A stretch of 59,144 bases of DNA, filler included, from Porpidia crustulata (GCA_964255105.1; 6 parts of 6 records of this genome joined end to end with filler, not necessarily neighbours in it), one strand, 5' to 3'; positions 12,801 to 25,814 are shown, numbered from the whole stretch's first letter. Numbers and translations: made by a program. Notes: generated by a model not told the origin, from the sequence alone.

Positions 12801-13307
12801 CGAGTCCGCACTCTTTTCGACATCCCTATATCTGTCCGAAGCCAGAAAATGAGGCTCCGAACTCCTCATCCATCGCGGAAGGAATCGTAACAAGGTTTGT
12901 TCTCGTTTCAACTCATACTTTCTCCTATTCAAGCCTGTAGGATCCCAGAATATCCATGCATTTTCTGTAGCCGAAATTTTCCCGTGGAACATATCTTTTA
13001 GCTTTTCCTCGCGCTTTTTCCTTCTCTCGGCGCCACTTTCATACTTAGTTCGTTCGACCCATCCGTACCAGAGCCTAACGTAACTTGCAGAATCACGCCC
13101 GTAGAGCTTCTGCGAGCCTCGATTGTGGCACAGATGACATACATACCACAAGAGGAACGATCCGCCGAGGGCCGACAAGACTATTCCTGCAAGTTTCTCG
13201 AAGTGTTCTTTGTTCCAATAGACTAGTAATTTGGCATTTATCCAGGGGGGTTTGCCACTGGTGTCCATTTCTGTGGGATTTGCGAGGGTGGATAAATATG
13301 CTCCCAT
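9887..13307 (-). CDS. Hypothetical >1100-aa protein, one N-terminal TM helix and a long disordered Ser/Arg-rich region; 3'-truncated
   Basis: Uninterrupted 3.4-kb ORF from ATG 13307. Hydrophobic LAGIVLSALGGSFLLWYV followed by Trp-rich YVRLWYGWV...AWIFWDPTG...LPRWMRS. Confidence 0.8.
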
Positions 13308-15803
13308 TGGACGATACTAATGCCGCAAAGCGAAATGCTATGAAATTTCTTGATGATTGTTGATATTGCCGCAGCTTATTCGATGTGAGCCGCTAGCCTG
13401 TAGTGTTTTCTCGTAAGTAATTCAGTTAGAACGTGTTCTCATCAAAATCCCCGAGTCCCATAAGCCCTGATGGATTGTGTAGAAAGCCCAAATGTAGAGA
13501 ATGATGAGTTGGCCTCCGCCGATGCTAATGTCCACGACTATACCAGCATCATGTAAATCCATGCAATTCCACTAGGGCAGCTTGACGGCGATTGATCCGC
13601 GATAATTGCTATTTACGTAAGTAGGCGTAAGGTAGTCTGCAGCTATGAAATTGATATTCAATGATACCAATCCGCCTGTAAAATACCCTGAGCCAAAAGG
13701 CCTGGGTACAGTCATGGCAGATTTCATTGCTTGAGAAGTCGCGACTTCCTAGGCTAAAAATCAATGTAGGAGTTGTAAATGACGTGACGCTAGAATCTTT
13801 GAACGATCTCCAATGAAACCATCATTTGCTAGAACATTAGTGATTGTACGTTCCTCGACAAGGTCGTGATGTAAGTCTTTGCCATATGTAGTCTTGCCAG
13901 TCAATCAAGACCTAAGCTTAAAGTAATAAGAACGTACAGCAAGATCGGCTTTACAAATAGGGCTACAAGGTTACATCTTTGAAACAGACGGGTAAATACT
14001 CCGTAACCCAATAAACAAGGCAAGTTTTCGCTTCTGAAGGAGGTGAGGGAGAACAAATTGCCGTGGTGTGGTAGCGTATGAGGTGTACACCAAATCCTCG
14101 GATGCATAGCGCTACATATCAGTAGGCATATATGCAACAGCAACCCGAAGAAGAAAAGATCCATGATCCAAAAGATCCTAAATCTGGTGACAAGGCACGC
14201 GTCCCGTTCCGTGCGCGATTCAAGCGGTTGGAGGCGTTTTAGCCACATGCAAGCCATGTGGATTAGTGTGGTGTCACAGAATCTGACAGGTCAACAAGAC
14301 TCCGCGGGATCACTCTCCAGCATGGAGTGACCATCTAATCAAAATAGGCGAGGGTCATAACATCTGTCTCTCTAAGGGTGGGAGAACACCATGCGGCCTG
14401 AGGATCTACGTCGCCATGCATTAACCCCTGGTTGACAGGTAAGGCTTGAGGAGATGGTCGATAGCCGACATGGACCATCTGTTGATCTCGCACACTGCTC
14501 CATGATTTGGGCAATCTATTCCGAAGTCAACTTTCCTGGCTTTCGATAATCTCTTATGCCTACCACCATTGTAATCTAAAGCCATGACTAAGGCTTTACC
14601 GACCAGATTGACACTTTGAAGTCTAGCCAATTAGGGAACCCAAATAGTCAAGGCTGAGAATGTAAATGCCTGTCGACATACGACTTCCGAGATGTGGCCG
14701 AGTTGTTGGCAATGGCACCTTCCTCAAAAGTCGCCAAAAACCGTTGAAGTTGGTAGCCATTGCTCAATACGATCAGCTGCATCAATGCGAGGCTCAGCCT
14801 CTGCCAGTGCTCCTTCCTCGAGATTTACAATGACCCAAGTGACGACCGAATTTTTGAGCACCATTACATGTTTTCCAATCCAAGCTCATCGGTGAAGTCC
14901 CTGCAATCAGCGGTCTCATATTGCCGTGATTGTGGCTTTTATGTGGCGATTTGCTAAATCCCATAAAAGGTAACACAGATCATCCGCAGTGGAATCCATT
15001 AAGGGACTGACGAGTGGATTTGCAAACGGCAGAAAACGTCTTCTAAGCCCTTCTTTTGCCTGTGCATCGATCATCGAATAACGTTATCTGGAGGTAGGTG
15101 CGGCACATTGCTCCGATCTTCAACTTTTTGTTATCGTCATTGGCACCAGTGGCCAACATGCTGAATGTGCCATGAGTTATTAGCATCCTATTTCCCTGCG
15201 ACTAATAGTATATTGATAGCCTCCGATTATTAGCCCGGAGCGCCTCTTCGGCGTTGCTATTCTTCCCAATTGCTTGCTCCTTGACCGGCGTGCCTGAGCC
15301 AGTGACGAGTGTCCTGGTAGCCAGCTCCAGATCGTGGTGTCTCATATCTCGTATCTCAGGTAAGATAATCTGGATTCTCGTGTTCAGTTTTGAGTCTGCA
15401 TACTTTCATAAGTCTCTATGAGCTCCGTTATACCGTACAATGTCTCCCTTCCAATAAAGTATGCCAATACCCAAGCAGATAAATTCCCGTGTAGGATGTC
15501 TCAAGCTTCTGTAATACCAAAGTCTCTTTTGGTAATATTTGTTCATCTTATCTCTCGCTCCTTGGCAACAGAACTAGCCGCACTTCCATATAGGAATTTG
15601 AAGAATCCGTGTATCAAGACATATTTTCCCTCCCAAGCAACAACGTTTGACTTAATGCATCGCTCATGAAAGTCGACGGACGAACACTCAATTCTGCTTC
15701 TTCGAACCCTGAAATTGACTATCCACTAGATTACAAAGGGTCAGCGTTTCTAATAGGGCAGCGCACGAACCTGCGAGGAATACCGTGAATAGTCTCCTGC
15801 AAG

Positions 15804-16472
15804 ATGCCTGGAAGGCTCGTCAATGGCAATCACTACAGTCCTGATATAACCGATGGATCGAGTACCGAAGACGACGAAGGTGCTGTGGTACCGTTGAGCC
15901 CTTGCGTCATGTCGGTGATTGTGCAACCCCCAACAGATGTTCGCCCCGGAGAACGCTTTGTCTCGCCGCTTGTCATCAGTCTCGAAAGTCGGCCGAGTGG
16001 TAATTATTCACACGATATTCCCGAGAATGACAACAAGTACTGGGCTCTAGCAACCCTTGTCAACGTAGGTCCCTTTGGTGGCTTGGGTGTCTTACCAGGA
16101 AATAACTGTGCCACCATCCGGCGAGCAACTACGCCACCACAGCATCCAAATCTGGGATATCTTGTATTCGACAATCTGCATTTAATACAGACCGGTACTT
16201 TCAAGATTCATGTCTCCCTCATTCTGATGCCGGAATTCAGAAGCCTGCCGGAACACATAGAAGATGTGGAGGGCGCTTATGTGATGGACGAGATTGATAC
16301 CAATGAAATCTGGGTTGACGAAGATGTTGGTATGCGGCCTCGTCGTAAGTCTCTGATCATGCTTTTTGTAATTTGTCGATGCTAAGGGGCTACAGGCATG
16401 CCAGATCTCGCCATCTTGACCGTACTCTATCAAACAGGGGTGATTCGTTATGGTGAAGTGCGGCTTCTATGA
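15804..16472 (+). CDS. Small stand-alone velvet-fold-like protein (exons 15804-16344, 16396-16472)
   Basis: VIVQPP at the start and LGYLVFDNLHLIQTGTFKIHVSL resemble velvet 'L.V.QQP' and 'GyFvFPDLSvr.eG.fRL.fsL'. A GTAAGT...CTACAG intron gives C-terminal PDLAILTVLYQTGV. Confidence 0.65.
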
Positions 16473-17197
16473 ATCTCATCGTGCTTCACATACGTAGAGC
16501 ATTCGATGGTCTTCGTATGCTCGCAGGATGAAAAAGGCTAAGGAGTGGGTGAACAGACTAAGGTAAGTGTTTGGAGGGAACAGGCGCGGAGAATTCCGGT
16601 ACTGGATATTACGCTAGAATAGGCTTGTATTATAAGTGAACAGTGTGACAGTGAGCCGCAAACAAGGCGTATTTTTTGGCTGGCCTCGAAAATACCAGGT
16701 GATCCATCTGATCGAGTCAATTCTGTCCTGACATTAGTCGGCTGAGTTATTTCTGCGGAAGTGAGATGACTTGCACCTTGAGGCTCTGTCGTGCATCCGC
16801 TGACTTTAGGCTTGCGGTCAGCAGGAATCAAAAGCGGTACTATCTTCATCTGACAAGATGGTGAACTGACACGATGATGCCAAAATGCATTCATGAAATT
16901 GATTCTTATGGGATTGAAATCGGGTGCTCCGATATCTCATATCGAGTCACGTACTACTTACGCCTTCAATTATGTCTTCTCACGCGGTGTTCTGCTCGAG
17001 TCATCAATGTCGTTGCCTGCGGACATGCTACTTTTATCATTCTGCACATCATCCACGCCATCCTACATTCTTTTTCCCCTTCATTCGACTGCGGTCTCTT
17101 ATTTCGACACTCTTTTGAATAACTATTCATCTCCAGTCTCACAGATTGCTTGTGCTTGATTTGTATACTTCCATCAAATACCGGACTAAACTCAATT

Positions 17198-17734
17198 ATG
17201 CGACCCCTGAGAAAGCGCCACTCCTGGCCGCCATTACGCAAACCCAGAGCATTATTTGCCGGCGAAAATCTTGACGATGATCCATTTGCATATTTTATTT
17301 CTCCCGCACAAGATCGTGATATCTTTACGGAAAACTATCTGACAGCTGGAATTGCCAGCAGGCAGAGATCTCGTTCTTTATCACCAGGCACATCCCGCCG
17401 GAAATCGCATACAAAACTCTCCACTTCTAAGTCGCCTACACTAAGGCTGAAGAAATGGATTGAAAGAATGGAGAAGTACTATTTCCACCATAGCGCACCT
17501 GGTCCTCAACCACAAACCCCGATTATCGAGATCCGTGAACCTAAGCAAACGGAGAAACCTTCGTCTCCAATTCGGGGAAGACGAGATGTCAGATCGAGCA
17601 CATACAACCGAGTCTCGCAAACAGTCAGAACACCACCTCGAAAACCACGGGTTTGGAGGGAACCTAGTGAAAGTATCTGGACAGTCGTTGAGGAGGGAGA
17701 AGAGATTGGATTGGGGATATCTACATCAGCCTAA
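17198..17734 (+). CDS. Hypothetical fungal protein (178 aa)
   Basis: ATG 17198, single ORF. Motifs RHSWPP, DDDPFAYFISP, RSRSLSP and VWREPSESIWTVVEE look like conserved linear motifs. Confidence 0.75.
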   Translation: MRPLRKRHSWPPLRKPRALFAGENLDDDPFAYFISPAQDRDIFTENYLTAGIASRQRSRSLSPGTSRRKSHTKLSTSKSPTLRLKKWIERMEKYYFHHSAPGPQPQTPIIEIREPKQTEKPSSPIRGRRDVRSSTYNRVSQTVRTPPRKPRVWREPSESIWTVVEEGEEIGLGISTSA

Positions 17735-18591
17735 TCAAGACATTGGGATAAGGCCAAATGTGTTGCTGAATCATTCTTGGAATTACACCACACTTTATCC
17801 ACAGTCCAACAATATTTCCCGCACACAACTATTGCAGTCCCCGTTTGATTGAAATACTCGGTCACCAGATCCATCCTTGTCCTTGGATAATGAAAGCTCA
17901 ATAACTTCAATGCAACAGAAATCTACCTCGACATGTTCGAGACCAGAGATACCCCTTCATTTTCTGTTGCGTTTTACCCAAAGTCCCATCATGCCCCAAG
18001 GAGTGGTCCACTTAGCCTCCGCCGCATTATGTGGTGTAAACACCTCAACCCAGCTTTGGTCGGGGAGGATTGCGATATATCCAACGACATCCAGATCAGG
18101 ATATCCCTGGGGTCTTAGTCGGGGGTCTTGAATGGAGATAACAGGCGTCAGTGGAAGAGCAATGATTGCTTCTGGGTAATACTGCTCGCGAAAAGCTGGA
18201 GAAGAGAAAGGAATTCACCCTAGTGCATTGCTTACCTGTGTAAGCCAGATCTGGGTCTTAGATTATGTAATGAAAGTAGGAACGGGTTGTGGAGCAAGCC
18301 ATATTTTGGTCCTCTCTGTAATTTTTGAGTCCAAACCAGTTATGTCACTGCAATAACAACAAGCAACCACTCGTCTGCTTGCTCAACATGGCTTTTGAGG
18401 TAGAACGAAATATGGCATCTGGGAAATTACGAGTGCAGTCATGAATCCATAATAAAATCTTGTTTAGTTTCTAGACTAATCACGCAGACCTTTCCCAGAA
18501 CATAATAATCCTTTCGCCACGCAATGCAGATGTACCACATGCCAAAACCCTCGTTCCAGAAGCAAGGAAAACCGCACCCTCTCTTCTCGAT

Positions 18592-19054
18592 TTAGAACCC
18601 GGGAGGATTGACCCTCTGACTAACTCTTGTCCACTTTGGCAGTTCTGTCATTCGCCCCACCGGTCAGCCTATCTCACTGCTACTTGCTTCGTGCATGGAC
18701 CAAGATGGTATACTCACTGTGTATACCCTTCCGATATTTCTTTTCCTTCCGATCAAACATTGTGTATTTGTCTTTGGGCACCATCTCCCGCTCAATCGGC
18801 ATCTCCTCCTTCCATAATTCGACTGCTTTGGTTTTCATTCCCTGTTTTGCGAGTGCATCATCGACCGTCGCAATGACGGCGTCGACGGCGCGAAGGCGTT
18901 TGCGTTGGCGAGCTTTTTGCGGGGCGGAGAGCCGCCATGGAATTTTCCTAGTGGCGAGGTCAGCTGATGTTGGTCTCAGTGAAGATACGGCGAGCTACCA
19001 AAGAAGGCCACCTGACAGCGGCGATGTTGGCTTGAACGCGCCCAACATTGTCAT
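18592..19054 (-). CDS. MRPL31: Mitochondrial ribosomal protein L31/mL60 (exons 19054-18999, 18947-18718, 18644-18592)
   Basis: Missed by the ORF track. Spliced protein MTMLGAFKPTSPLSGGLLW|KIPWRLSAPQKARQRKRLRAVD...PKDKYTMFDRKEKKYRKGIH|KLPKWTRVSQRVNPPGF*. Confidence 0.95.
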
Positions 19055-19291
19055 GATTGGGGATTGTGAAAGGTTGGGCTACTCGAGCAAGTTGGAGATG
19101 ATGTTCGTAGGGCTGACGGAGCTTTCGCCGATCATGAAGGCGGTGTGGAACCTCCAAATTCTGCCACTCCTCCAACGAGCAAACACCACATTTTATCGAA
19201 GGATGGAGCGCGGAATTTTACGATAGCAGGACCTTTTGGTGTATTTAATAGCTGGAGACATCTTTTGAATTCGGTGACACCAGAAGCCATA

Positions 19292-19667
19292 ATGTCCTAC
19301 TATTTCTGCATCGTCAACACCAATGACAAACCCCTCTTCGAGCTCGAATTCGGCACCTCGAAACAAGGCGGCGACGGCGTTGCTCGATTCACCGTAGAAG
19401 CACGTCAAATGAACCCATTCATTACGCACAGCAGTCTAGACATCGTTGACGAAATGCAATGGCTTAATAACCAGATGTGCGTTGGGCAAATTTCAACTTC
19501 CTGTATCCACAGTCCTAATTTCGAATCTCGCCTTACCCACAATGATGGGTCCCAACGAGCAATTTGGTACTAACAGAAGCTTAGGTATCTCAAGCGAATC
19601 GACCAATTCGCCTCATCCCACATCTCTGCTTTCCTCACCCCAACCTCGACCCGCTTCCTCCTCCTCC
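19292..19667 (+). CDS. TRS20: TRAPP complex subunit Trs20/sedlin; 3'-truncated (intron 19477-19584)
   Basis: MSYYFCIVNTNDKPLFELEFGTSKQGGDG...HSSLDIVDEMQW...|YLKRIDQF...ISAFLTPTSTRFLLL. Head-to-head with MRPL31 (237-bp gap). Confidence 0.93.
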
Positions 19668-19767
19668 NNNNNNNNNNNNNNNNNNNNNNNNNNNNNNNNN
19701 NNNNNNNNNNNTTAATTAATTAANNNNNNNNNNNNNNNNNNNNNNNNNNNNNNNNNNNNNNNNNNNN
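19668..19767. other. Artificial contig spacer
   Basis: N44-TTAATTAATTAA-N44. Confidence 0.99.
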
Positions 19768-21444
19768 GCGGATGCGAGGCCGAGTTCTTCGAGGTGTTTC
19801 GTCAAGGGTAGGAGAAGCGAAACGTGGCTGGGACGGACTTTGGCACCGCCGAGATTGAGCGAGCGGAGAGTGGAGGGAAGGGAAGGAAGCAGGCGGGTGA
19901 TATCTGATTCCCATAAAAGGCGGTAGCGGGAGATGTCAGTGGCGAGGTTGAGATAAACGAGGGTTTTGGCGGCTAGGTGAGATGTGAGAAAGTCGACCAC
20001 GCCTTCGCCGGTGATTTGATTGCAGCGGCCGAGGTTGAGATGAGTCAATTGGGCGGTTGTAGGGAGCGATGCAAGGGCTTTGTCAGTTATGCGGGTGTGG
20101 GAGGCGTCGAGCATGGTAAGGTGAGGGAGTCTGGGTAGAAGAGACTCAAAAGCTGCGCTCGTCAATGATTGGCACTCGTGAAGGCCTAGACGTTGGACGT
20201 TGAACATAGTTGGCGTAGTGGCTGCCAGATCTGACACGACAGAGACAAACGCGTCTGCGAATGATTTCGAAGATGCAGCGCAAAAGTCTACCGCCTTTAG
20301 TTTCGGCAGATCGAAGAAAATCTTGTGTAGGACACCCTCGTCAATATCCTCATCGAGGTGCTCTTGGAGAAGAATCTCCTGAACGGTCGGGGTCAGCTCG
20401 AGACATCTGAGTAAAGTCTTCGAAGTCATGTTTTGAATTTCGGAATTCATCTGCCTGGACCGCGACAATCCAACTGGAGAAAAGTGAGACAAATCAAGTC
20501 TTCTGACCAGAGTACCCAGGCCAGGGTACTCGGAAAGACGGCGCATGAATTTCGAGAAGTTCGAAGAATGGGGTATGGTGATATGGTAGTAGAGTGTGTT
20601 TATTGTGGCGACGTGCATCGTTCGCGAAGTGAGAAGGCATGATACAAGATCCACGTTTCGCGGTGTGTATCCGGTTGACGGAACATCGATGTCGAGCGCG
20701 AGCTGTGCGACGATCTCGTCTGAAGTAAATGTCAGTTTGACTTAAGGTCGTCCATATAGTGGTGGGAGGCTCACCCAATATCTCCACCGGCAGTTTTTCT
20801 AAGGCTGCTTCACCAGGGCCATTGACTTTCTTTGCAGGGGCAGCTGCTGACTCCTGGGCAATCCCCGTGTCCCACCCCGAAAGCTCTGATATACCAGTCC
20901 TCAGTGCAGTGTAGCTCTTGCTCCGACGCTTGCCGCGAGGCCCCGCCGGCTTCCACCTCTCCGGCCTTCCGCAACGGCAACAACAGCTGCATGACCCGGT
21001 CTCGGCTGCGTTGTCATCGTGATCGCCTTCCAGCCGTAGTAATAGCTTGGGCGTGTTTACAGACTCTAAAAAGGATTGTGCTGTGCCTGATCTCATGTTG
21101 TTTGTCAGTCAAGGGTTTCGTGGGGTTGTTGTTAGGTAAAGTGTTAGGTAAAATGTGTATGAAAGTCGCCTACCGGTGTCATCCTCTTTCACTGACGAAT
21201 ATGAGCTTTTTCTTATTCTCCCATCCGGTTTGGGCAGCTGTGAATCGCACGGCCGTGATGTGGGGCGCTTGTCGGCAATGGAAACGGACCGTCGGTTGTT
21301 GGTCTGTTCTGCGAGGCATTCATCCGCAGGATCGAAATCCGGGGTAAGTGGAGAAGAGGCTCTTCGATTGGTGAGTCTGTGGAAGTCTGATGCTCGATAT
21401 CGATCTGGATAGGGAGTGGCGGGCGCTTCGCGGAAAAAGGTCAT
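19768..21444 (-). CDS. F-box / leucine-rich-repeat (RNI-like) protein; 3'-truncated (exons 21444-21174, 21086-20775, 20719->19768)
   Basis: F-box-like LEKLPVEIL|DEIVAQL...DLVSCLLTSR followed by LRRs (VRRLDLSHF, LKAVDFC, LTMLDASHTRITD, LTHLNLGRC, LRSLNLGG). Confidence 0.88.
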
Positions 21445-22434
21445 TTCAAATCGATATCAAGTTCGCCGTTTCAGGCCCTTCGAATATTGATCTCAGCGTC
21501 GGTCGGATGTCGATTGCAAATCTATGGTGTGAGAGTGAAGACTCCTCGAAAACATGAACAAGGAAAGTAATGAAATATTAAGTCCTAAGACACCAAATGA
21601 ATCTATGGGGTAATGGTAATCGAAAGCTGACGAAGTTGAGGGGTCTCAACGCCTTGGTTGCTCCATGGACGGCAGCACCTGACACGAAAATACTTGTCCA
21701 AAGAGAAGCTCATCCTCCTCTCTACCCTTTGTGGTAGTCTTGTTCAGTCGACTCATCTCCAGGGCTTACAGTGGCGGGCGTGTAGTCATCCAGTCACGAT
21801 GTTGCATCATAGTCTCCCGTTGGAAAGCTTCCGTACGGATGTGTCAAATTTGCACTTTGTGACATAATAAAAACCTCCCAATTGTAACCACGTGCCGTTA
21901 GATCCATTTGTCAGTCCTCCAACTGCAGTCTTTGGCCCGTAGAATAGTTCTCCTCATTTTGTCGATTGCGCCCTTGTGACTGTGAGCGTTCATATCGGGC
22001 GTTGAAGTTGCAGAGTTGAAGAAATAAGACGGTGGGAATCGGGGCAAATGCTTTGCTCGGCTATACGCGGAAGTTTTCAGCCACTCGTAAGATTACAATG
22101 TTTTGATTACCTGCCCTTAGCTTTAAAAGGAACAAAAAGCTAGGAAGACGTGCCCACAGACGAGTGTGCTCAGGCCTTCGCCCAGACTGCAAGATGAATG
22201 AGAAGAATGCACCTACAACGCTATCTACTCTGCTTATATCCCTAACGCATCAAAGCCACAACGCATGTTCAGAAATCCATAGTGTATATCTAGTATATCT
22301 AGCCCATAGGACCGCATGCAACATTACAGCCCAGTTCCAGATTCTACCCCAGGTTCTCCGCATGTTTATATGATCCCCAGACGTGCTATCATCCAAAAGG
22401 GCATCTTGATGGATGAAAAGTGTTAAATTGTTCT

Positions 22435-24989
22435 TCACCATTGGATTTTACCTCGCCGCTTAGGCGCCGGTGTTCCATACGAAACATTAACATCCGCCAT
22501 CATCTTCTTGGGTGCTGGAGTACCATTAACAGCACCCAGGCCCCGTAACCTTCTCACTCGAGGTCGCCTCTCCGCATTCGGCTCCATGATCGACTCTGTA
22601 GTATCCTGGAAATATGCAAGCTTCTCATCCCACCCGACTGTTTTGCCGTCTTTGATTCTCTGCCTGAAGACTTCCATTGATAGACCTTCTGTCGGAAGGG
22701 TTTGCAGCGCCAATTTAGGGATCTTCGCTTGACCTTTGTTTCGTCGAGTGTTTGCGCGGGTTACTATTGCCAGTTCTTGAGCCGCCGATTTCTGTAAAAT
22801 CACCGGGTCGGTGCCATCGGCCCTCCTTACAGGTATGAGACTTGGTACGCCTGCGGCGATCTTTGATAGTGCAGGAGAGCGTGTCCTTGTACTTCGCCGA
22901 CAAGATGCCGGCTCCGGCATGAACTCCGTCATTTCATCAAGGTCCATAGCAGCCAATTTTCCTTTTCCTGGTGGGGTGCCTGGTCGATTGATGATGTCCT
23001 GATGCTTTTGTGGGGACGGAGAATTGCTGTCCAATTGGCTAAGCGCTGTGCGAGTGCTTTTGCGTGCGTTGCTGGTAGTTTTTGGTGGGCTTGTAGGAAC
23101 GTCACTGGTTTGAGCAAGCTTCCGAGCTTGTGCTCGGCTGAGGAAGTCCTTGAGCATAGTGGCATCGTCGCTGAACCGAGTGCCAGATCGGGTTCTTCCT
23201 CTAGATTCTTCCGCCGATTTCGTTGATATACCCTCTGATTGCTCTTGAAAAAGTGCACCAATTTCAGAAGGGCTTTGAGCGGTTTCATTAGAAGCTCGTC
23301 GAACTTCAATTCGAAGCTCTGCACCAGGCTGTCCGGAGCCTTTCCTGCCCGTATAGTCATGAAGAGAAATGGCAGCTTCAGTGATCTCCTCTGGTGTCAA
23401 GTCCTCCATACTTAAACGGATACTGTGCCGATGTTTTTGAGTAATCGGGGGATTTTGTGTATCGGTATTTCCTAGAGTACTTTGAACAAAGTTGAGACAG
23501 TCGGTGGTTGATTCTTCGCTTTGTACGTTTCCTCCCTCAGCAGCTGGGGAGCTTGTTCCTGCGTCTTCATCTGCAGACACGACTACTGCGGGGCTTCCAA
23601 TTGAAAACCTTGGGCTCCAAACTAGGCTTTCACATTGTGAAGGATCAGATTCAGCTGGAACACAGTCGATAATTGCGTCCACTCTTTCCGAAATGCTCTG
23701 GCGTTCTATAGGCTTGGGATCAGTCGTCTCTGAAGCCTCTTGTTTTCCACCCTCATTCAGTGTAAAATTTTCTCCACTACACAAGCTGACGGACTTGATC
23801 CCCGCTCCCTCGAAACCTATAGGGCCTTTTGAACCGTCGCTGCCGTCAAGCTCTGAGAGTTGATCAATGGACATGTCAGGTACCAAGATCGGGATAGTGC
23901 TACTATCCCTGCTTCGTGCTGGGCTTTGCGCAGAATGTTCTACTGTAGGCACTAAGACAGGTATAACTTCTCCCGTTACCAGTATTATTATACTATCTCC
24001 TGGCGCTGGTTCGTTCGTTGGAATCATGACAGCTCTGTCCTGAACAGAGAACACTTCGTTCTCGGTGCTCTCTCCGTTTACCTTCATGTTGAGATCCACT
24101 GCTTCTAATTGCTGGGTTTCCTCTCCGACACCAGCCAGAACTTCTTCTTCTAGGCGGGGAACTGAGACAATTTCTGCCACACTGGCCAGACTCACTTCTC
24201 CAGTAGAAAGATCAAGTTCTTCTGCTACACTGCGTACATAGGCGGATTGGCGATTAGCATTATTACGTGAAACAACGATGAGAGTGCCTGCTGATTGCGG
24301 ATTAGATTGAAGGTCTTTGGCCGCCGGCGACTTTGAAGGGCGTAGTGTATCCTCGAGAACAGCATTGTCCAGATTTGGAGAATCGGCGTCTTGTAAGATA
24401 TCCTCAGTTGCATTCGATGGGAGTACCGGTTGTGCTCTCAATCGATCCGGCTTTAAACTTTTTCGACTTGCTGGTTTCCCTGTCCGAATTTCAGTCAAAA
24501 GGGGTCATAATTCTTATCTAATCGTAAAACTCACGTCGAGGGGTCCCAGGTTCTCCATCTCTCAAAGTCGTCAAGTATGACTTCCCCTGTCTCGCACTCG
24601 ACCCTTCTCCGCCTTCAGGCACAAGTTTGAGGCAGAGGCGCTTTACGGGCCTTGAACTTGCCGCCGTTGAGTCGCTTTCGAGCTCTCTTTCATTTTCATC
24701 ACAATTGTTGGCCCCTTTCTCCTGGTCTTCCGTACCAGAGGGCTGAGTTCGAAGGTCATATCGCTTCCACACCTTTCTTCCATTATGACGGTTTGCGAAC
24801 GGCGATTTTGGCGTGCGTTCCCAAGCCCGTGGTCTGTTAGATGAGGCTTGGTCCTGGTACGTGAACGGATTTGCTTGACTGATTCTACCAATACTTCATT
24901 AGTCCTGAGCAAACTCCGGGGAAGAGCGGATTGGGAAGGCACGAGACTCACTCTGTAGAACCCGGTCGTTCGATGTCGAGCTGCGCCAT
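22435..24989 (-). CDS. Hypothetical largely disordered protein with cell-cycle linear motifs (exons 24989-24952, 24884-24535, 24479-22435)
   Basis: Two GTGAGT...AG introns join the frames. N-terminal RAWERTPKSP...KVWKRY. C-terminal LKDFLSRAQARK, RTALSQLDSN, TRANTRRNKG and KTVGW. Confidence 0.8.
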
Positions 24990-25134
24990 TGAAACTTTCC
25001 CAACAATGGTGGTAGCCAATATCACATAAAAAACTAGCAGTCTACCCCAAATAGTAATAATAAGTCATGTAAACTGCCCCGGTAAAATACAATTTATCAA
25101 TGTGAAGCTATCTACGCTCGAGGCGGGCAACCGA

Positions 25135-25143
25135 GTAAACAAA
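25135..25143 (+). promoter_or_regulatory. Forkhead-type site GTAAACAAA in the divergent promoter between the 24989 gene and MRP10
   Basis: Exact match to the forkhead consensus GTAAACA(A), about 145 bp from ATG 24989. Single short motif. Confidence 0.35.
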
Positions 25144-25360
25144 CCACCCTGGCCCGTGCGCCCCGCCAAGAGTTTTTAGCGCCGTCCGTCCCGGAAGCTC
25201 GGATCATCGTCTCGCCTATCTTCAAAACTTCAACATCTGAGATTGTCTTGTTGCGCCCGACTTCATCCAGTCCCCACCCCATCTTGTTGCCAACTCATGA
25301 TGCATGACTTAGTCACGCACACTCCATAGGCCATCTGGATCTGGACTTGCTAGCCACAAA

Positions 25361-25814
25361 ATGGCCCCGAAAGGAGCCTCTACAAAGCTCGCCCCCCCTC
25401 GGTTACCTCCGCTCCCCAAGCTTCGTGTAAAACGCCCGAATCAACCAGCACCAAATCCTTGTCTGGGCATAATGACCTCTGTGCTGGGTATGGGAATTTT
25501 GTTACTTTTTTCATCAAGGCAGTACTTAGTGTTTACGTAGGGTGTTGGGCATCATCCGGGCATAGCATAGCAGGTTGTGCTGCGCTGGAACAGCAATTAA
25601 GAATGTGTATGGACAAGCCGGTATGTTTCCGACTCTAACCACCCTGCGAGATGAAAAATGAAGGGCGTCTGTTTTCTTCAAGTGGCAGTGCCGGAACGAG
25701 GTGCTAATGAAGAATGTCCCTTTGCAGAAACCGAAGGCGACGAAAAAGAACACCATTAACCACCATCTGTCGAGACTTTACCCCAATATTGTTGGGTCAA
25801 TTAAGAGAAGGTGA
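25361..25814 (+). CDS. MRP10: Mitochondrial ribosomal protein mS37/Mrp10, twin-CX9C (exons 25361-25487, 25541-25620, 25728-25814)
   Basis: Missed by the ORF track. MAPKGASTKLAPPRLPPLPKLRVKRPNQPAPNPCLGIMTSVLG|CWASSGHSIAGCAALEQQLRMCMDKP|KPKATKKNTINHHLSRLYP. Confidence 0.93.
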
